NCBI GenBank assembly: GCA_947449315.1
Contig: CANFRC010000010.1
Location: 67,154 to 131,153, forward strand
DNA length: 64,000 nt
DNA from: Bacteroidota bacterium
GTDB lineage: Bacteria; Bacteroidota; Bacteroidia; 2-12-FULL-35-15
Direction of reading: 5' to 3'
The position numbers and the translations under genes are program-made. The notes beneath the pieces were generated by a model, which did not search any database, was not told the origin of the DNA, and saw only the letters and a list, made by a program, of their open reading frames with translations. Below are positions 1-9,813 of the stretch, piece after piece (positions within the stretch are counted from its first letter, which is position 1; every line of letters starts with the position of its first letter).

Positions 1-210
1 AACAATCTTATTGTCAATATGTTATTCAACCTAAAGTTGAAAAATTCAAAAAGGTTTTTAAAGATAAATTGAAACATTAGTTGTTATAACCGATTGCCTG
101 AATTATTTGAGAAGCTTTTTCATTTTATCAAAAAATAAGAGTCATTGAAAGAAAAAAAACGCTGGTAAGGATCTAGATTACTTCGTAATATTTTTTCAAA
201 TAAAAATTGT

Positions 211-218
211 TAACTTTG
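211..218 (+). promoter_or_regulatory. Candidate Bacteroidota -7 promoter box TAACTTTG 5 bp upstream of the desaturase ATG, implying a leaderless or near-leaderless transcript
   Basis: Exact TAnnTTTG motif at 211-218; the ATG is at 224. Confidence 0.3.
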
Positions 219-223
219 CAACC

Positions 224-1210
224 ATGCTTAAAGGAAAAGAACTTATTCTTGCAACTAAACCATTTGCGAAAGAGATTCGATGGAAAAGTTGGTATTATAC
301 TCTTTCTGCCTTCTTTTTTTTAATCACCTTTCTTCTTGGTACTTATTTCGTTCCCACTCTTTTTGGTAAAATACTATCCAGTGTATTAAGCGCTGTATTT
401 TTAACACGCTTCTTCATGATCTTTCATGATTATCAACATCATGCAATTCTTCAAAAATCATTTTTAGCTAATGTCATTTTTACTATCTATGGTTTTTACA
501 TGCTAACGCCACCCAGCATCTGGAAGCGTTCTCACGATCACCATCACAATAATAATGCAAAACTGTTCAGTGCAAATATTGGCTCGTTTCCAATCATGAC
601 CAAGCAAAAGTTTATGGAAGCAAGTAGAAGTGAAAGAAGGATCTATTTAGCAATCAGACATCCGTTTAATATGATATTTGCCTATTTCACGATGTTTATA
701 TACGGAATGTGTATACAATCATTTATTAGTAGTCCCCGCAGACATTGGGATTCTTTGGCAACATTGATCATTCATATTGCAATTGCTACATTACTCATCA
801 TTTATGTAAGTCCGCTGACCTGGTTCTTAGCATTCTTTTTACCCTTTTTCCTATCACATATGGTAGGAGCCTATTTGTTTTACGCACAGCACACATTTCC
901 TGGAGTTATTTTTAAAAGTAATACAGAATGGAGTTATGCTGATGCAGCTTTAGAATCATCTAGTTTTTTAAAAATGAATCCAATTTTACGATGGGTAACA
1001 GCAAATATTGGATATCACCACATTCATCATTTAAATGCAAGAATACCATTCTATCGTTTGCCGGAAGCGATGGCAAGTATTGAGGAACTTCAAAAAGCAA
1101 AAGTAACTACGTTTAAATTTTCTGATATTATTTCTTGTTTACGCCTAAAATTATGGGATTCGGAGGCTAATCGAATGATCTCACTAAAAGAAGTCCATCT
1201 TTCGAATTAA
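224..1210 (+). CDS. Membrane fatty-acid desaturase family protein
   Basis: Three histidine boxes (HDYQHH, HDHHHNNN, HHIHH) in a polytopic hydrophobic protein. ATG start. Confidence 0.8.
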   Translation: MLKGKELILATKPFAKEIRWKSWYYTLSAFFFLITFLLGTYFVPTLFGKILSSVLSAVFLTRFFMIFHDYQHHAILQKSFLANVIFTIYGFYMLTPPSIWKRSHDHHHNNNAKLFSANIGSFPIMTKQKFMEASRSERRIYLAIRHPFNMIFAYFTMFIYGMCIQSFISSPRRHWDSLATLIIHIAIATLLIIYVSPLTWFLAFFLPFFLSHMVGAYLFYAQHTFPGVIFKSNTEWSYADAALESSSFLKMNPILRWVTANIGYHHIHHLNARIPFYRLPEAMASIEELQKAKVTTFKFSDIISCLRLKLWDSEANRMISLKEVHLSN

Positions 1211-1247
1211 TTAATTTTCGAGTATTTTTTTTCAATAGTATCTAATA

Positions 1248-2279
1248 CTATTCATGCTCCTCACTCCTATTTTCCTTTTCAATCGTATTCAATCGATTTA
1301 CAATTGAATCTAGATTGCGGAAATGTATGTATGACTTTCGGTATTTATTTGCTTCAAAAGCTGGAGAACCCATATACACTTCACCTTTTTTAGTAATACT
1401 TTTTGAGATACCCGATTGAGCTGTAATAATTGTATTGTCAGCAATTTCAACATGCCCTACTATTCCAACCTGACCGCTAAACATACAGTTTTTCCCAATC
1501 TTAGAAGAACCTGCAATAACTCCCTGTGCAGCGATATAAGTGTTTTCACCTACTTCCACGTTATGAGCAATGTGGATTAGATTATCAAATTTGACTCCTT
1601 TTCTTAATATCGTTGAACCTAACGTGGCTCTATCAATTGCACAATTAGCACCAATTTCCACATTATCCTCTATGATGACATTACCAATCTGAGGAATTTT
1701 TTGGTTGTCGTTTTGGGGGTTAAATCTGAAACCATCACTGCCAATTACGGTTCCTGAATGGATGATACAATCCTTTCCTATCAGAGTTTCTGAATAAATT
1801 TTCACACCAGCAAACAATGTTGTATTATCACCTATTACTGCGTTTTCACCAATAAATACCTGAGGATAGATTTTTACATTGTTTCCTATTGTCACATTAT
1901 CGCTGATAACAGCAAATTCACCCGCGTATATATTCGTTCCTACTTTTGCTGTTTCTGAAATAAAAGCGTGTTTTGAGATACCTGATTTATTCAATTTCAC
2001 TTGATTATACATTTCAAGTAATTTAGAAAATGCGGTTTCTGCACTATCCACCCTAATCAAGGTAGCAGCTACAGGTCCGGTTAATACAAGATCTTTGTTT
2101 ACTATGACTAATGAAGCTTTTGTATGATAAATATATTGCGTGTATTTAGGATTGGCAAGGAAAGAAATTGATCCAGGAACACCTTCCTCAATTTTAGATA
2201 ATTTACTGATTTTAACTGTCGCGTCACCTTCTATCTGACCTCGCAATATATCGGCAACTTGCTGAGCTGAAAATTCCAT
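1248..2279 (-). CDS. lpxD: UDP-3-O-acylglucosamine N-acyltransferase (LpxD)
   Basis: N-terminal MEFSAQQVADIL..KISKL matches LpxD. Long left-handed beta-helix hexapeptide repeats run through the middle (IGxNVxIxxxAxIG...). Confidence 0.85.
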   Translation of the reverse strand: MEFSAQQVADILRGQIEGDATVKISKLSKIEEGVPGSISFLANPKYTQYIYHTKASLVIVNKDLVLTGPVAATLIRVDSAETAFSKLLEMYNQVKLNKSGISKHAFISETAKVGTNIYAGEFAVISDNVTIGNNVKIYPQVFIGENAVIGDNTTLFAGVKIYSETLIGKDCIIHSGTVIGSDGFRFNPQNDNQKIPQIGNVIIEDNVEIGANCAIDRATLGSTILRKGVKFDNLIHIAHNVEVGENTYIAAQGVIAGSSKIGKNCMFSGQVGIVGHVEIADNTIITAQSGISKSITKKGEVYMGSPAFEANKYRKSYIHFRNLDSIVNRLNTIEKENRSEEHE

Positions 2280-2356
2280 TTTGTAGTTTTTTAATTGAAC
2301 TATAAAGTTAAAAAATATTCTATTTAGATCTCTTAGTACTGATTATAAATTCTACT

Positions 2357-3451
2357 TTATTCTTCCAATGCCATTGAAACAGAATACCCTCGCCATTTAT
2401 TAATGACAGCCAACATATCATCGGGTAATTCAGAATCAAAATGAATATATTTTCCAGTTACAGGATGATTAAAACCTAATGACTTCGCATGTAACGCATG
2501 TCGAGGCATGATCGTAAAACAATTTTCTACAAACTGTTTGTATTTTGCAAAGGTGGTGCCTTTTAAAATCCGGTCGCCACCATAAACTTCATCATTAAAT
2601 AATGAATGTCCGATATACTTCATATGAGCTCGTATTTGATGTGTCCTGCCTGTTTCCAATTTACATTGGATCAAAGTAACATATCCAAAACGTTCTAATA
2701 CTTTATAATGTGTGACCGCATGTTTTCCTTCCTCGCTTTCCGGAGGAAAAACATCCATCTTCTTTCTGTCTTTTAAATGACGGCCTATATTTCCTGTAAT
2801 GGTTCCTTCATCTTCCTGAAAATCCCCCCAAACCAAAGCATAATAAATTCGGTCTAAATTTCTATCAAAAAAATCTTTCGCCAATTTTACCATTGCGGTT
2901 TCACTTTTTGCAACCACCATGATACCACTTGTATTTTTATCGAGACGATGAACCAAGCCTGGGCGAAGTATAGCTTGTTCTTTTGACTTTTTGGTGGCTT
3001 CCACAGTTCCTCCGTAATTACTAACAGGAAGTTGATTAAAATGATAAACCAAGGCGTTAACCAATGTTCCTTTATAATTTCCATATCCTGGATGAACTAC
3101 CATTCCAGGTTCTTTGTTTACAATAACAAGGTCATCATCTTCGTAAACGATATCGACTGGGATATTCTGAGGAATTAATTCTATTTCGCGAGGAGGATGA
3201 GCGAAAACAACAGTAATAACATCAAAAGGTTTTACTTTGTAATTCGACTTAACAGGTTTTTCATTTACAAGTATATTCCCATTCTCCGCTGCTTGTTGAA
3301 TTTTTGAGCGGGTAGCATTCTGTGTTCTATTCATCAAAAACTTATCAATACGCAATAAGTCTTGACCTTTATCTACAACAACTCTAAGATGTTCAAATAA
3401 TTCCTGATCATCATCCTGTTCTTCTGCTAAATCTACTTCTTCTTCCTTCAT
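2357..3451 (-). CDS. rluD: RluA-family 23S rRNA pseudouridine synthase (RluD-like) with an S4 RNA-binding domain and an acidic N-terminal tail
   Basis: HRLDKNTSGIMVVAK catalytic-Asp motif. S4-like region DKFL..RTQNATRSKIQQAAENGNILVN. The N-terminus is MKEEEVDLAEEQDDDQE. Confidence 0.75.
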   Translation of the reverse strand: MKEEEVDLAEEQDDDQELFEHLRVVVDKGQDLLRIDKFLMNRTQNATRSKIQQAAENGNILVNEKPVKSNYKVKPFDVITVVFAHPPREIELIPQNIPVDIVYEDDDLVIVNKEPGMVVHPGYGNYKGTLVNALVYHFNQLPVSNYGGTVEATKKSKEQAILRPGLVHRLDKNTSGIMVVAKSETAMVKLAKDFFDRNLDRIYYALVWGDFQEDEGTITGNIGRHLKDRKKMDVFPPESEEGKHAVTHYKVLERFGYVTLIQCKLETGRTHQIRAHMKYIGHSLFNDEVYGGDRILKGTTFAKYKQFVENCFTIMPRHALHAKSLGFNHPVTGKYIHFDSELPDDMLAVINKWRGYSVSMALEE

Positions 3452-3475
3452 ACTGATGATCCAATTGTATAGGAT

Positions 3476-5392
3476 CTATTTTGTTTTAATGAATTTATGT
3501 GTTGACAAGACTGAGCCTTCCGTAATCTGAATAAAATACACTCCTTCTTTTAAGTCAGAAATAACTATTGAATGATGATACGGTGTTGACTCAACAATTG
3601 TTCTTCCGAGCATATCTATCATAGTATACGAAGTTTTTTCAGATAAATTTCCATCAGCCGATTTGATAAATATCTCATCAGTGGAAGGATTTGGATAAAT
3701 AGTAAGTGAATTTAACTTTGCAGCTGCAATGTCATGAACACCGGTAAATTCCCATTGATACCCCAAAACTGGATGTAACATTAATGAACCAACAAATGGA
3801 GAGGAATACCACGTTCCTGTTACATTATAAAATATTTTATCTTGCGTGTTACTGTTTTTATCGACACCGATATTGAGAAACTCCGTTGTATTTTGTTCGA
3901 ATCCAAAATAATAACTTCCAGGAGTTAAATATAAGGGTGCATCTAATTTATATCGGATAAACTGATTGTATACAATTCCTCCATAGACAGGAGATAACGC
4001 TTCGCTACTTGTGTAAATTGGAGATCCAGGGACTCCTCCACCATCACTCCAAACTTTTAAATAAAAAGAATAGATGGATGTATTTGTAAGAAATGGATTA
4101 AAAAAGATATCAATGTATTGAAGCGAATCTGGTTGGTTAGTCGTAAATTTTTCGGCCATTTGAGCATGAAGTGTACTTAAACCAAAGGAATTTTCAGCTG
4201 TCCCATCATCATAAGCATATGAATTGAAAAACTCGTGGGTAACCCTCAGTGTATCGTTTTCGGGATTCAAATTCACGCCACCTATATAATGTTTTATAGT
4301 AAAACGAGATGGTCCGGTTAAATTCGTAGGAAAAACGGTTGTATCAATTTTAGCTCCGGAGCGGCATCCAGCAGGAATATCACAAGCAGAATAGGTATGT
4401 GTTGTTTCAAATGAAAGCAAGTTAAAAGAACCTACGCTGCTATAGGTATCTAGTAGCGAGGAGGTAAAATCATTCCATATCTCATGGCCATAAGATATAT
4501 TTATAAAAGAAGTTGTTCCTGATTTATTATATCTTAAATAGTTATTGATTGTATCTGTAAGATCCGAACTATTGAATTGCTCCCAAGGCATTTGTCTGTA
4601 ATTTTTCAGAAGGGATGTTCCATTGTAAACAAAGGAAACATCATTGAATGAAGTATCTGCTTTGCTTCTCAACTTATTTAAATAAACATAATCTATATTC
4701 CAATGGTCTGTATTTCCACTTAAAGTTGCATAGTTTTTAAATCTGAATTGAAAACCTTTTTGTAAAAAAAGGGAATTGGTTATTGGTATCATTACCAGTG
4801 TCCAAGAGCTATCGTTTGTGGCAAGGGTACTTCCTTTTTTTGCCCATACATTCTGAAACGAATTGGTTATACCCGGAGCTTTAAATTGCAAGACAAGAGA
4901 ATCTGAGTATTCAGGGGCATTTCCATTTCCTTGTGGTTGGTAATAGAAGCTGAAATAGACAGAATCACTGGGAAGAAAACTTAAATTTATTGGTTTGGAT
5001 GTTAAATAATCTGCTGCAGCTGATGATGTTGCAGTGGCTGTAAAATCGTAGGGCATACCTGTATACGTCAATCCGTCAAATGTTGCAGCACCAATTGTGA
5101 TAGGAGATTTTGCAAACCCACGATTTATAAAAACAAAATTATCCATCCACAAAGAAGTATCCGGATATGGACCCTCATAGGAAAAGTCATCCAAAATTCC
5201 CAAAGCCCCCAAAGAAATCGTATCTGAAATAGAAGGCGATTTTACTAACGACCTTGATTTTAGTTCATTGTATTTAGAAACAAGCATTTGATTTGTTGTC
5301 AATTCATTTTCAACCAAACCTTGCGAAAACAAAAGATTTGAAAGAAACAAAAAGACAAAAATTAAACTATTTTTTTTAATCAAAATCCTCAT
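3476..5392 (-). CDS. Secreted protein with a type IX secretion C-terminal sorting domain
   Basis: The track ORF 3476-5473 begins at a non-ATG codon. The in-frame ATG at 5392 gives MRILIKKNSLIFVFLFLSNLLFSQ, a signal peptide. The C-terminus (LTIYPNPSTDEIFIK ... GVYFIQI) is a T9SS CTD. Confidence 0.6.
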   Translation of the reverse strand: MRILIKKNSLIFVFLFLSNLLFSQGLVENELTTNQMLVSKYNELKSRSLVKSPSISDTISLGALGILDDFSYEGPYPDTSLWMDNFVFINRGFAKSPITIGAATFDGLTYTGMPYDFTATATSSAAADYLTSKPINLSFLPSDSVYFSFYYQPQGNGNAPEYSDSLVLQFKAPGITNSFQNVWAKKGSTLATNDSSWTLVMIPITNSLFLQKGFQFRFKNYATLSGNTDHWNIDYVYLNKLRSKADTSFNDVSFVYNGTSLLKNYRQMPWEQFNSSDLTDTINNYLRYNKSGTTSFINISYGHEIWNDFTSSLLDTYSSVGSFNLLSFETTHTYSACDIPAGCRSGAKIDTTVFPTNLTGPSRFTIKHYIGGVNLNPENDTLRVTHEFFNSYAYDDGTAENSFGLSTLHAQMAEKFTTNQPDSLQYIDIFFNPFLTNTSIYSFYLKVWSDGGGVPGSPIYTSSEALSPVYGGIVYNQFIRYKLDAPLYLTPGSYYFGFEQNTTEFLNIGVDKNSNTQDKIFYNVTGTWYSSPFVGSLMLHPVLGYQWEFTGVHDIAAAKLNSLTIYPNPSTDEIFIKSADGNLSEKTSYTMIDMLGRTIVESTPYHHSIVISDLKEGVYFIQITEGSVLSTHKFIKTK

Positions 5393-6212
5393 CTTTATTT
5401 TTATTTGTGGATGATGTATCCGATGCTGGAATTCTATTTTTATCAGTTGTAAAATACAGATCGACTGTTCCACCCATATTTATGCTTGCATCTTTTGAAC
5501 AAGAGGGTGACTGCCTGTATACTCTTGCGGATGAAGAAGTAGAATCTTTCGGGTTATCAAAAGTGATTGCACCAATACTTAAAGAAGCATCGGCCAATTT
5601 TGCCAAAGCTTGATTGCGAGATAAACCATATAAACAAGGAACAGCTACTTCTTCATCGCTCAAGCCTTTTCCAACAACCAATTCAATGATCGTTCCTTTT
5701 GGAATGGAAACGCCCGGTTCAATTTTTTTGCCATTCACCAATTGATTCAAAACACAATTTGCACATTGGTCCGGAACAAATCTTGGAGGATTTTTGAGTT
5801 TCAATCCAAAGGTGGTTATCATCGCTACGGCTTGGCGTAAAGAACGGTCTATCAATTTTGGCATTAAAATACTTGGTGGTAAAATAGATGTTACGTATAA
5901 ATAAATTGTACGGTTGTTTTTCACCTTCGCACCAGCTTCCGGCTCTTGTTTAACTACTGTTCCATTGGGTGCTTTGGTGTCATAAATAGAGTCTATGACA
6001 AGATAACGGAGATTTTTATCAGAAACAAAATTATCCAATTCAGCCAATTTCACTCCCGAAAAGTCAGGAACTACAACCGTTTCACCATGATTTGTAGTAG
6101 CACTCAACCAGGAAATGATCAACCAACAGATCAAAACAAACGAAACTAAATAAATAGCAAGATGTTTGAAAAATGTTTTACTCTTTAAAAATTGAATCAG
6201 CCCTTTGAACAT
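5376..6212 (-). CDS. Standalone PASTA-domain protein with an N-terminal membrane anchor
   Basis: N-terminal TM segment. Repeated PASTA-like modules (VVPDFSGVKLAELDNF..., VPDQCANCVLNQLVNGKKIEPG..., VPCLYGLSRNQALAKLADASLSIG...). Conserved Bacteroidota neighbour of rluD and ddl. Confidence 0.65.
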   Translation of the reverse strand: MFKGLIQFLKSKTFFKHLAIYLVSFVLICWLIISWLSATTNHGETVVVPDFSGVKLAELDNFVSDKNLRYLVIDSIYDTKAPNGTVVKQEPEAGAKVKNNRTIYLYVTSILPPSILMPKLIDRSLRQAVAMITTFGLKLKNPPRFVPDQCANCVLNQLVNGKKIEPGVSIPKGTIIELVVGKGLSDEEVAVPCLYGLSRNQALAKLADASLSIGAITFDNPKDSTSSSARVYRQSPSCSKDASINMGGTVDLYFTTDKNRIPASDTSSTNKNKDEDFD

Positions 6213-6357
6213 ATATGATTGCCGTGGAAATTAGATTACGAATGTACGAATTTTAGGGAAACGAAAAAAATGGATTTTAATTGCCTTTTTCAAAACAAAA
6301 CAGGTGATGTTTTTTTAAGATCAATAACAATTATTCTCTAGCAAAAAAAGAGTAACA

Positions 6358-9060
6358 CTATTTAACTGCTAATTTTTTTTTCTGAAAACCAAACTCAAGA
6401 ATACGATCAATAAAGTCGTATGGCTTATAACCGTTAATAGCCGTTTGATGAAAAATACATGTTGCAGGTGTCATTCCCGGTAAAGAGTTCACTTCAATAA
6501 ATACAACATCTATCTTGCTTGGACTGTAAATACGGACAAATGCATCGATACGGGTATAACCATTGATATTTAACAATTTGGCAGCATTACCCAAAGTTTG
6601 CTTCACGGTATCAGAAATTTGTTGGCGTTCTTTTGAGTCCTTTGAATAACGAGCAGGAGTAATATTCTGACCTTGCCCTGCAAGAAATTTCTCTTCCAAT
6701 GATAATACTTCTCCTTCACTTAAGGCTTCTGATGCTTCAAAAACTTCATAATGAATATTCCCTTGCTCATCATATTTGGTAAGCATTCCACCAGTTATCT
6801 CTAAAAAATGTTTCGCATCTCTTTTAGAAATAAGCTCTTCTACTAAAATGACTTGTTTTTGAGGAAACTCTTCCTTGTCTTTAATATGCAAAAGAGCGGC
6901 AGCAGCGGAATCCAAATTTTCTTGCTTGCGAAAAATCAGTTTAGCAAAAGCCTCAAATTCTTCTGCCGTCTTTATTTTTTTTACAGCTGATGAACAACCA
7001 TCATCTACTGGCTTTGCGATAAAAGGGTAATGTATTTTTTCTTTTATCGAATTCAAAACCTCTTTATGGTTTTTAGTCCAAGCTTCTTCAGTAACCAATA
7101 AATGTTCTGCTACTAAAAAACCATTTTGTTTTAAAATTTCATTTGTTTTGTATTTATCGATTGTAATTCGTGAACTCTCTACTCCTGATCCATTGTAAGG
7201 CAGCCCTACCCTCTCCAGATTCACTTGAACAGCACCATCTTCACCCGGACGACCATGCAAAGCAATAAAAACACAATCAACCATCTTTGCAAGATCCTCG
7301 TAAGACAAACGTTTAGGTTTAGCTAAATTATCTTTATTAGAATATTTTGTAGTTATTCCAGAACACTCATCAATAATATCTTTTACAAGATCATGTATTT
7401 TATAATTGTCGATCTTTTCTTTTATATCGTCAGCATTATCTTTCAATAAGATATTGACTGGAATCTGATACATGATGTGCTCCTCATTATTTCCTGTAAG
7501 AAATACCGGAACAGGTTCGTATTTTGCAGAAGAAGCCAATTTTTCGTAAATATTCCTTCCGCTTTCAACTGAAATATGCCGTTCGGAAGAATAGCCACCC
7601 AAAATTACAGCTACTTTTATTTTGTGAGTTGTTGCATTTCTATCTTCCTTAATGGAAGTATCTAACGTTTTCATCAATGCATCATATATACCATTGTTTT
7701 TGCCTGCAATGATGCGCTGAGCAAGAGAAGTTCGAATAATGTATGTCAGAAATTGGGAAGGGTTCAAGCCAATTTCAGCAGCTTGATGAAAGAAAAAAGA
7801 AGAGGGCATCATTCCTGAAGTGGTATTGGGATCATTCAGGAATATCTTTCCTTCATTAGAAATAAATCCATCGATACGTGCATAGACATCAAAACTCAAG
7901 GCATAAAATAATCGTTGGCATTCTTTTCTAATAGCTTGAATTTGTTCATTCGGAATATCGATGGGCGTTATTTTTCGGGATAATCCGGGAAGATATTTGG
8001 AGCGGTAATCGAATAATTCTTTTCCTTTTCTTATTTCTGTCGGAGGAAGTGCAATTGCTTTTCCATTTTCATCTTGAGCAACAATACAAGAAAACTCTTT
8101 CCCTTCAATGAAACCTTCAACAAGCACTTTACTTTCGCCATCCAATGCCGCCAGAATTAAACCTTCATTTTCTTTTTGAAAGGCGCCATCAAGATATAAA
8201 ATCAACTCCTGCGGATGGTATACCGTATGAACCATTTTATCTGAACCTGAAACTGTCAGTGGCATTCCGATGCCTTCACGAATGTCTGACAAAGCTCTTA
8301 CAAAAATGTTTTTTTCCTCACCGTTTAATTTTTTCCAATCCGTTGCATCAACCCATTTGGTAAAGAAAGCCTTTTCCACCGCTTTCATAAACTCCAATTC
8401 GGAGTCTTTATGCAAAATACTAATCCCAATGGAAGAGCCTTGATTTGCAGGCTTTATAACGACAGGAAATCCGATTTCATTTTTTGCTTTTTGAAATGCC
8501 TCTTTCCAATTTCCTTTGATATAACTTTCCCTTTCAATCGTAAAAAATTTCGGACTATTGAATCCCGCATTGACCATTAATTGTTTTTGAATGCTTTTAT
8601 CTATTCCTATAGCAGAAGGCAAAACACCGGAACCAGAATAAGGTATTCCAAGATATTCGAACATCCCCTGGATCTTTCCATCTTCACCGAAAGGGCCATG
8701 CAGACATAAAAACGCAAAATCAAAAATGGATCTCAATTCTCCGGGTTCTACTTTCTTCCCTATCTTATGGATCATTTCAAGCTGTTGAGCGGAAGACAAC
8801 TGTCCGATCTGTTCGGCATAAATTTGAAAGTCTCCCTCCTTGTTGGGTAGGAATGCTGCAGGAGGATAAAAATCGCGCACACTTCCTTTGTAAACAAATT
8901 CCCAGTTAAGCAATACAAAATTCCCGAAGCTGTCAATGAATACTGGCACCGCTTCGAATAAAGATTTATTAAGGTTATCGTAAACCGTTCTTCCTCCTGC
9001 AAATGAAATTTCCCGTTCTTTAGAAAAACCTCCGAAAATGATTCCTATTTTTATTTTCAT
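6358..9060 (-). CDS. ddl: Tandem-duplicated D-alanine--D-alanine ligase-like protein: two complete Ddl N-domain plus ATP-grasp modules fused in one 900-aa polypeptide
   Basis: Residues 1-~450 carry the Ddl signatures KIKIGIIFGGFSKEREIS, LHGPFGEDGKIQGMFEYLGIPYSGSG, PVVIKPANQGSSIGISI and NDPNTTSGM. Residues ~480-900 repeat them (KIKVAVILGGYSSERHISVESG, LHGRPGEDGAVQVNLERVGLPYNGSG, PFIAKPVDDGCSSAV, EVNSLPGMT). Confidence 0.75.
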   Translation of the reverse strand: MKIKIGIIFGGFSKEREISFAGGRTVYDNLNKSLFEAVPVFIDSFGNFVLLNWEFVYKGSVRDFYPPAAFLPNKEGDFQIYAEQIGQLSSAQQLEMIHKIGKKVEPGELRSIFDFAFLCLHGPFGEDGKIQGMFEYLGIPYSGSGVLPSAIGIDKSIQKQLMVNAGFNSPKFFTIERESYIKGNWKEAFQKAKNEIGFPVVIKPANQGSSIGISILHKDSELEFMKAVEKAFFTKWVDATDWKKLNGEEKNIFVRALSDIREGIGMPLTVSGSDKMVHTVYHPQELILYLDGAFQKENEGLILAALDGESKVLVEGFIEGKEFSCIVAQDENGKAIALPPTEIRKGKELFDYRSKYLPGLSRKITPIDIPNEQIQAIRKECQRLFYALSFDVYARIDGFISNEGKIFLNDPNTTSGMMPSSFFFHQAAEIGLNPSQFLTYIIRTSLAQRIIAGKNNGIYDALMKTLDTSIKEDRNATTHKIKVAVILGGYSSERHISVESGRNIYEKLASSAKYEPVPVFLTGNNEEHIMYQIPVNILLKDNADDIKEKIDNYKIHDLVKDIIDECSGITTKYSNKDNLAKPKRLSYEDLAKMVDCVFIALHGRPGEDGAVQVNLERVGLPYNGSGVESSRITIDKYKTNEILKQNGFLVAEHLLVTEEAWTKNHKEVLNSIKEKIHYPFIAKPVDDGCSSAVKKIKTAEEFEAFAKLIFRKQENLDSAAAALLHIKDKEEFPQKQVILVEELISKRDAKHFLEITGGMLTKYDEQGNIHYEVFEASEALSEGEVLSLEEKFLAGQGQNITPARYSKDSKERQQISDTVKQTLGNAAKLLNINGYTRIDAFVRIYSPSKIDVVFIEVNSLPGMTPATCIFHQTAINGYKPYDFIDRILEFGFQKKKLAVK

Positions 9061-9129
9061 ATACGAGACACGCTATTTTTACTACTAAGAAAGTGAGTGA
9101 AATTCTCACAAATTTAAGACTAAGGAGCC

Positions 9130-9714
9130 CTATTTTTCAGGGAGGTTCTTCAAGTATTCAACAAGTTTGTTAACAGCTATCGCCCGATGAGAAATTTTAT
9201 TTTTTTGAGAACTGTCCATCTCAGCAAAAGACATTGTAAAACCATCTGGAAGAAATATAGGGTCATAACCAAAACCTTTTTCACCCTGCCTTTGACTTAA
9301 GATTACCCCTGAAACAACGCCTTCAAACTGTTTTTCTTCCCCATTGATCACCAATGAAATAATCGTTTTAAACCGCGCCTTACGATTGCTAATACCTTTC
9401 ATTTCCAACAGAATCTTACTCATATTATCTTCCGCACTTTTACTTTCTCCTGCATATCGAGCAGAAAACACACCCGGGCGACCATCTAAAGCATCTACCT
9501 CTAACCCTGTGTCATCGGCAAAGCAATTGTGTTGGTATTTGTTGTAAACATAAAAAGCTTTTTGCGAAGCATTTCCTTCAATATTAGCTTGAGTTTCAGG
9601 GATTTCTTCAGAACAATGAATGTCGTTCAATGTTAAAACCTCAATACTTGGAGGAATTAAGGATTGGATTTCATTGGCTTTATTCTGATTGGCAGTTGCA
9701 AAGACGAGTTTCAT
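9130..9714 (-). CDS. rdgB: RdgB/HAM1 non-canonical purine NTP pyrophosphatase
   Basis: MKLVFATANQNKANEIQSLIP N-terminus. FGYDPIF and SHRAIA motifs. Confidence 0.85.
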   Translation of the reverse strand: MKLVFATANQNKANEIQSLIPPSIEVLTLNDIHCSEEIPETQANIEGNASQKAFYVYNKYQHNCFADDTGLEVDALDGRPGVFSARYAGESKSAEDNMSKILLEMKGISNRKARFKTIISLVINGEEKQFEGVVSGVILSQRQGEKGFGYDPIFLPDGFTMSFAEMDSSQKNKISHRAIAVNKLVEYLKNLPEK

Positions 9715-9813
9715 AGTGCTCTATTTTTTTGTAAAAATACGTTTTTCTTCTGCTTTCAATTAGTTTAATATCCTTATATTTCGACTCTAAACTAAACTAA
9801 TTTACGATTTTTT

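Noticed and set aside
2887-3084. Short ORFs (60-120 aa) on the strand opposite long, well-supported genes, for example 2887-3084, 5407-5613, 8145-8363, 20126-20485, 24581-24925, 39387-39704, 45349-45669 and 62184-62594
   Set aside because: They lie entirely inside confidently assigned CDS on the other strand. They have odd, low-complexity composition and no motifs. I treat them as antisense artefacts of AT-rich coding sequence.
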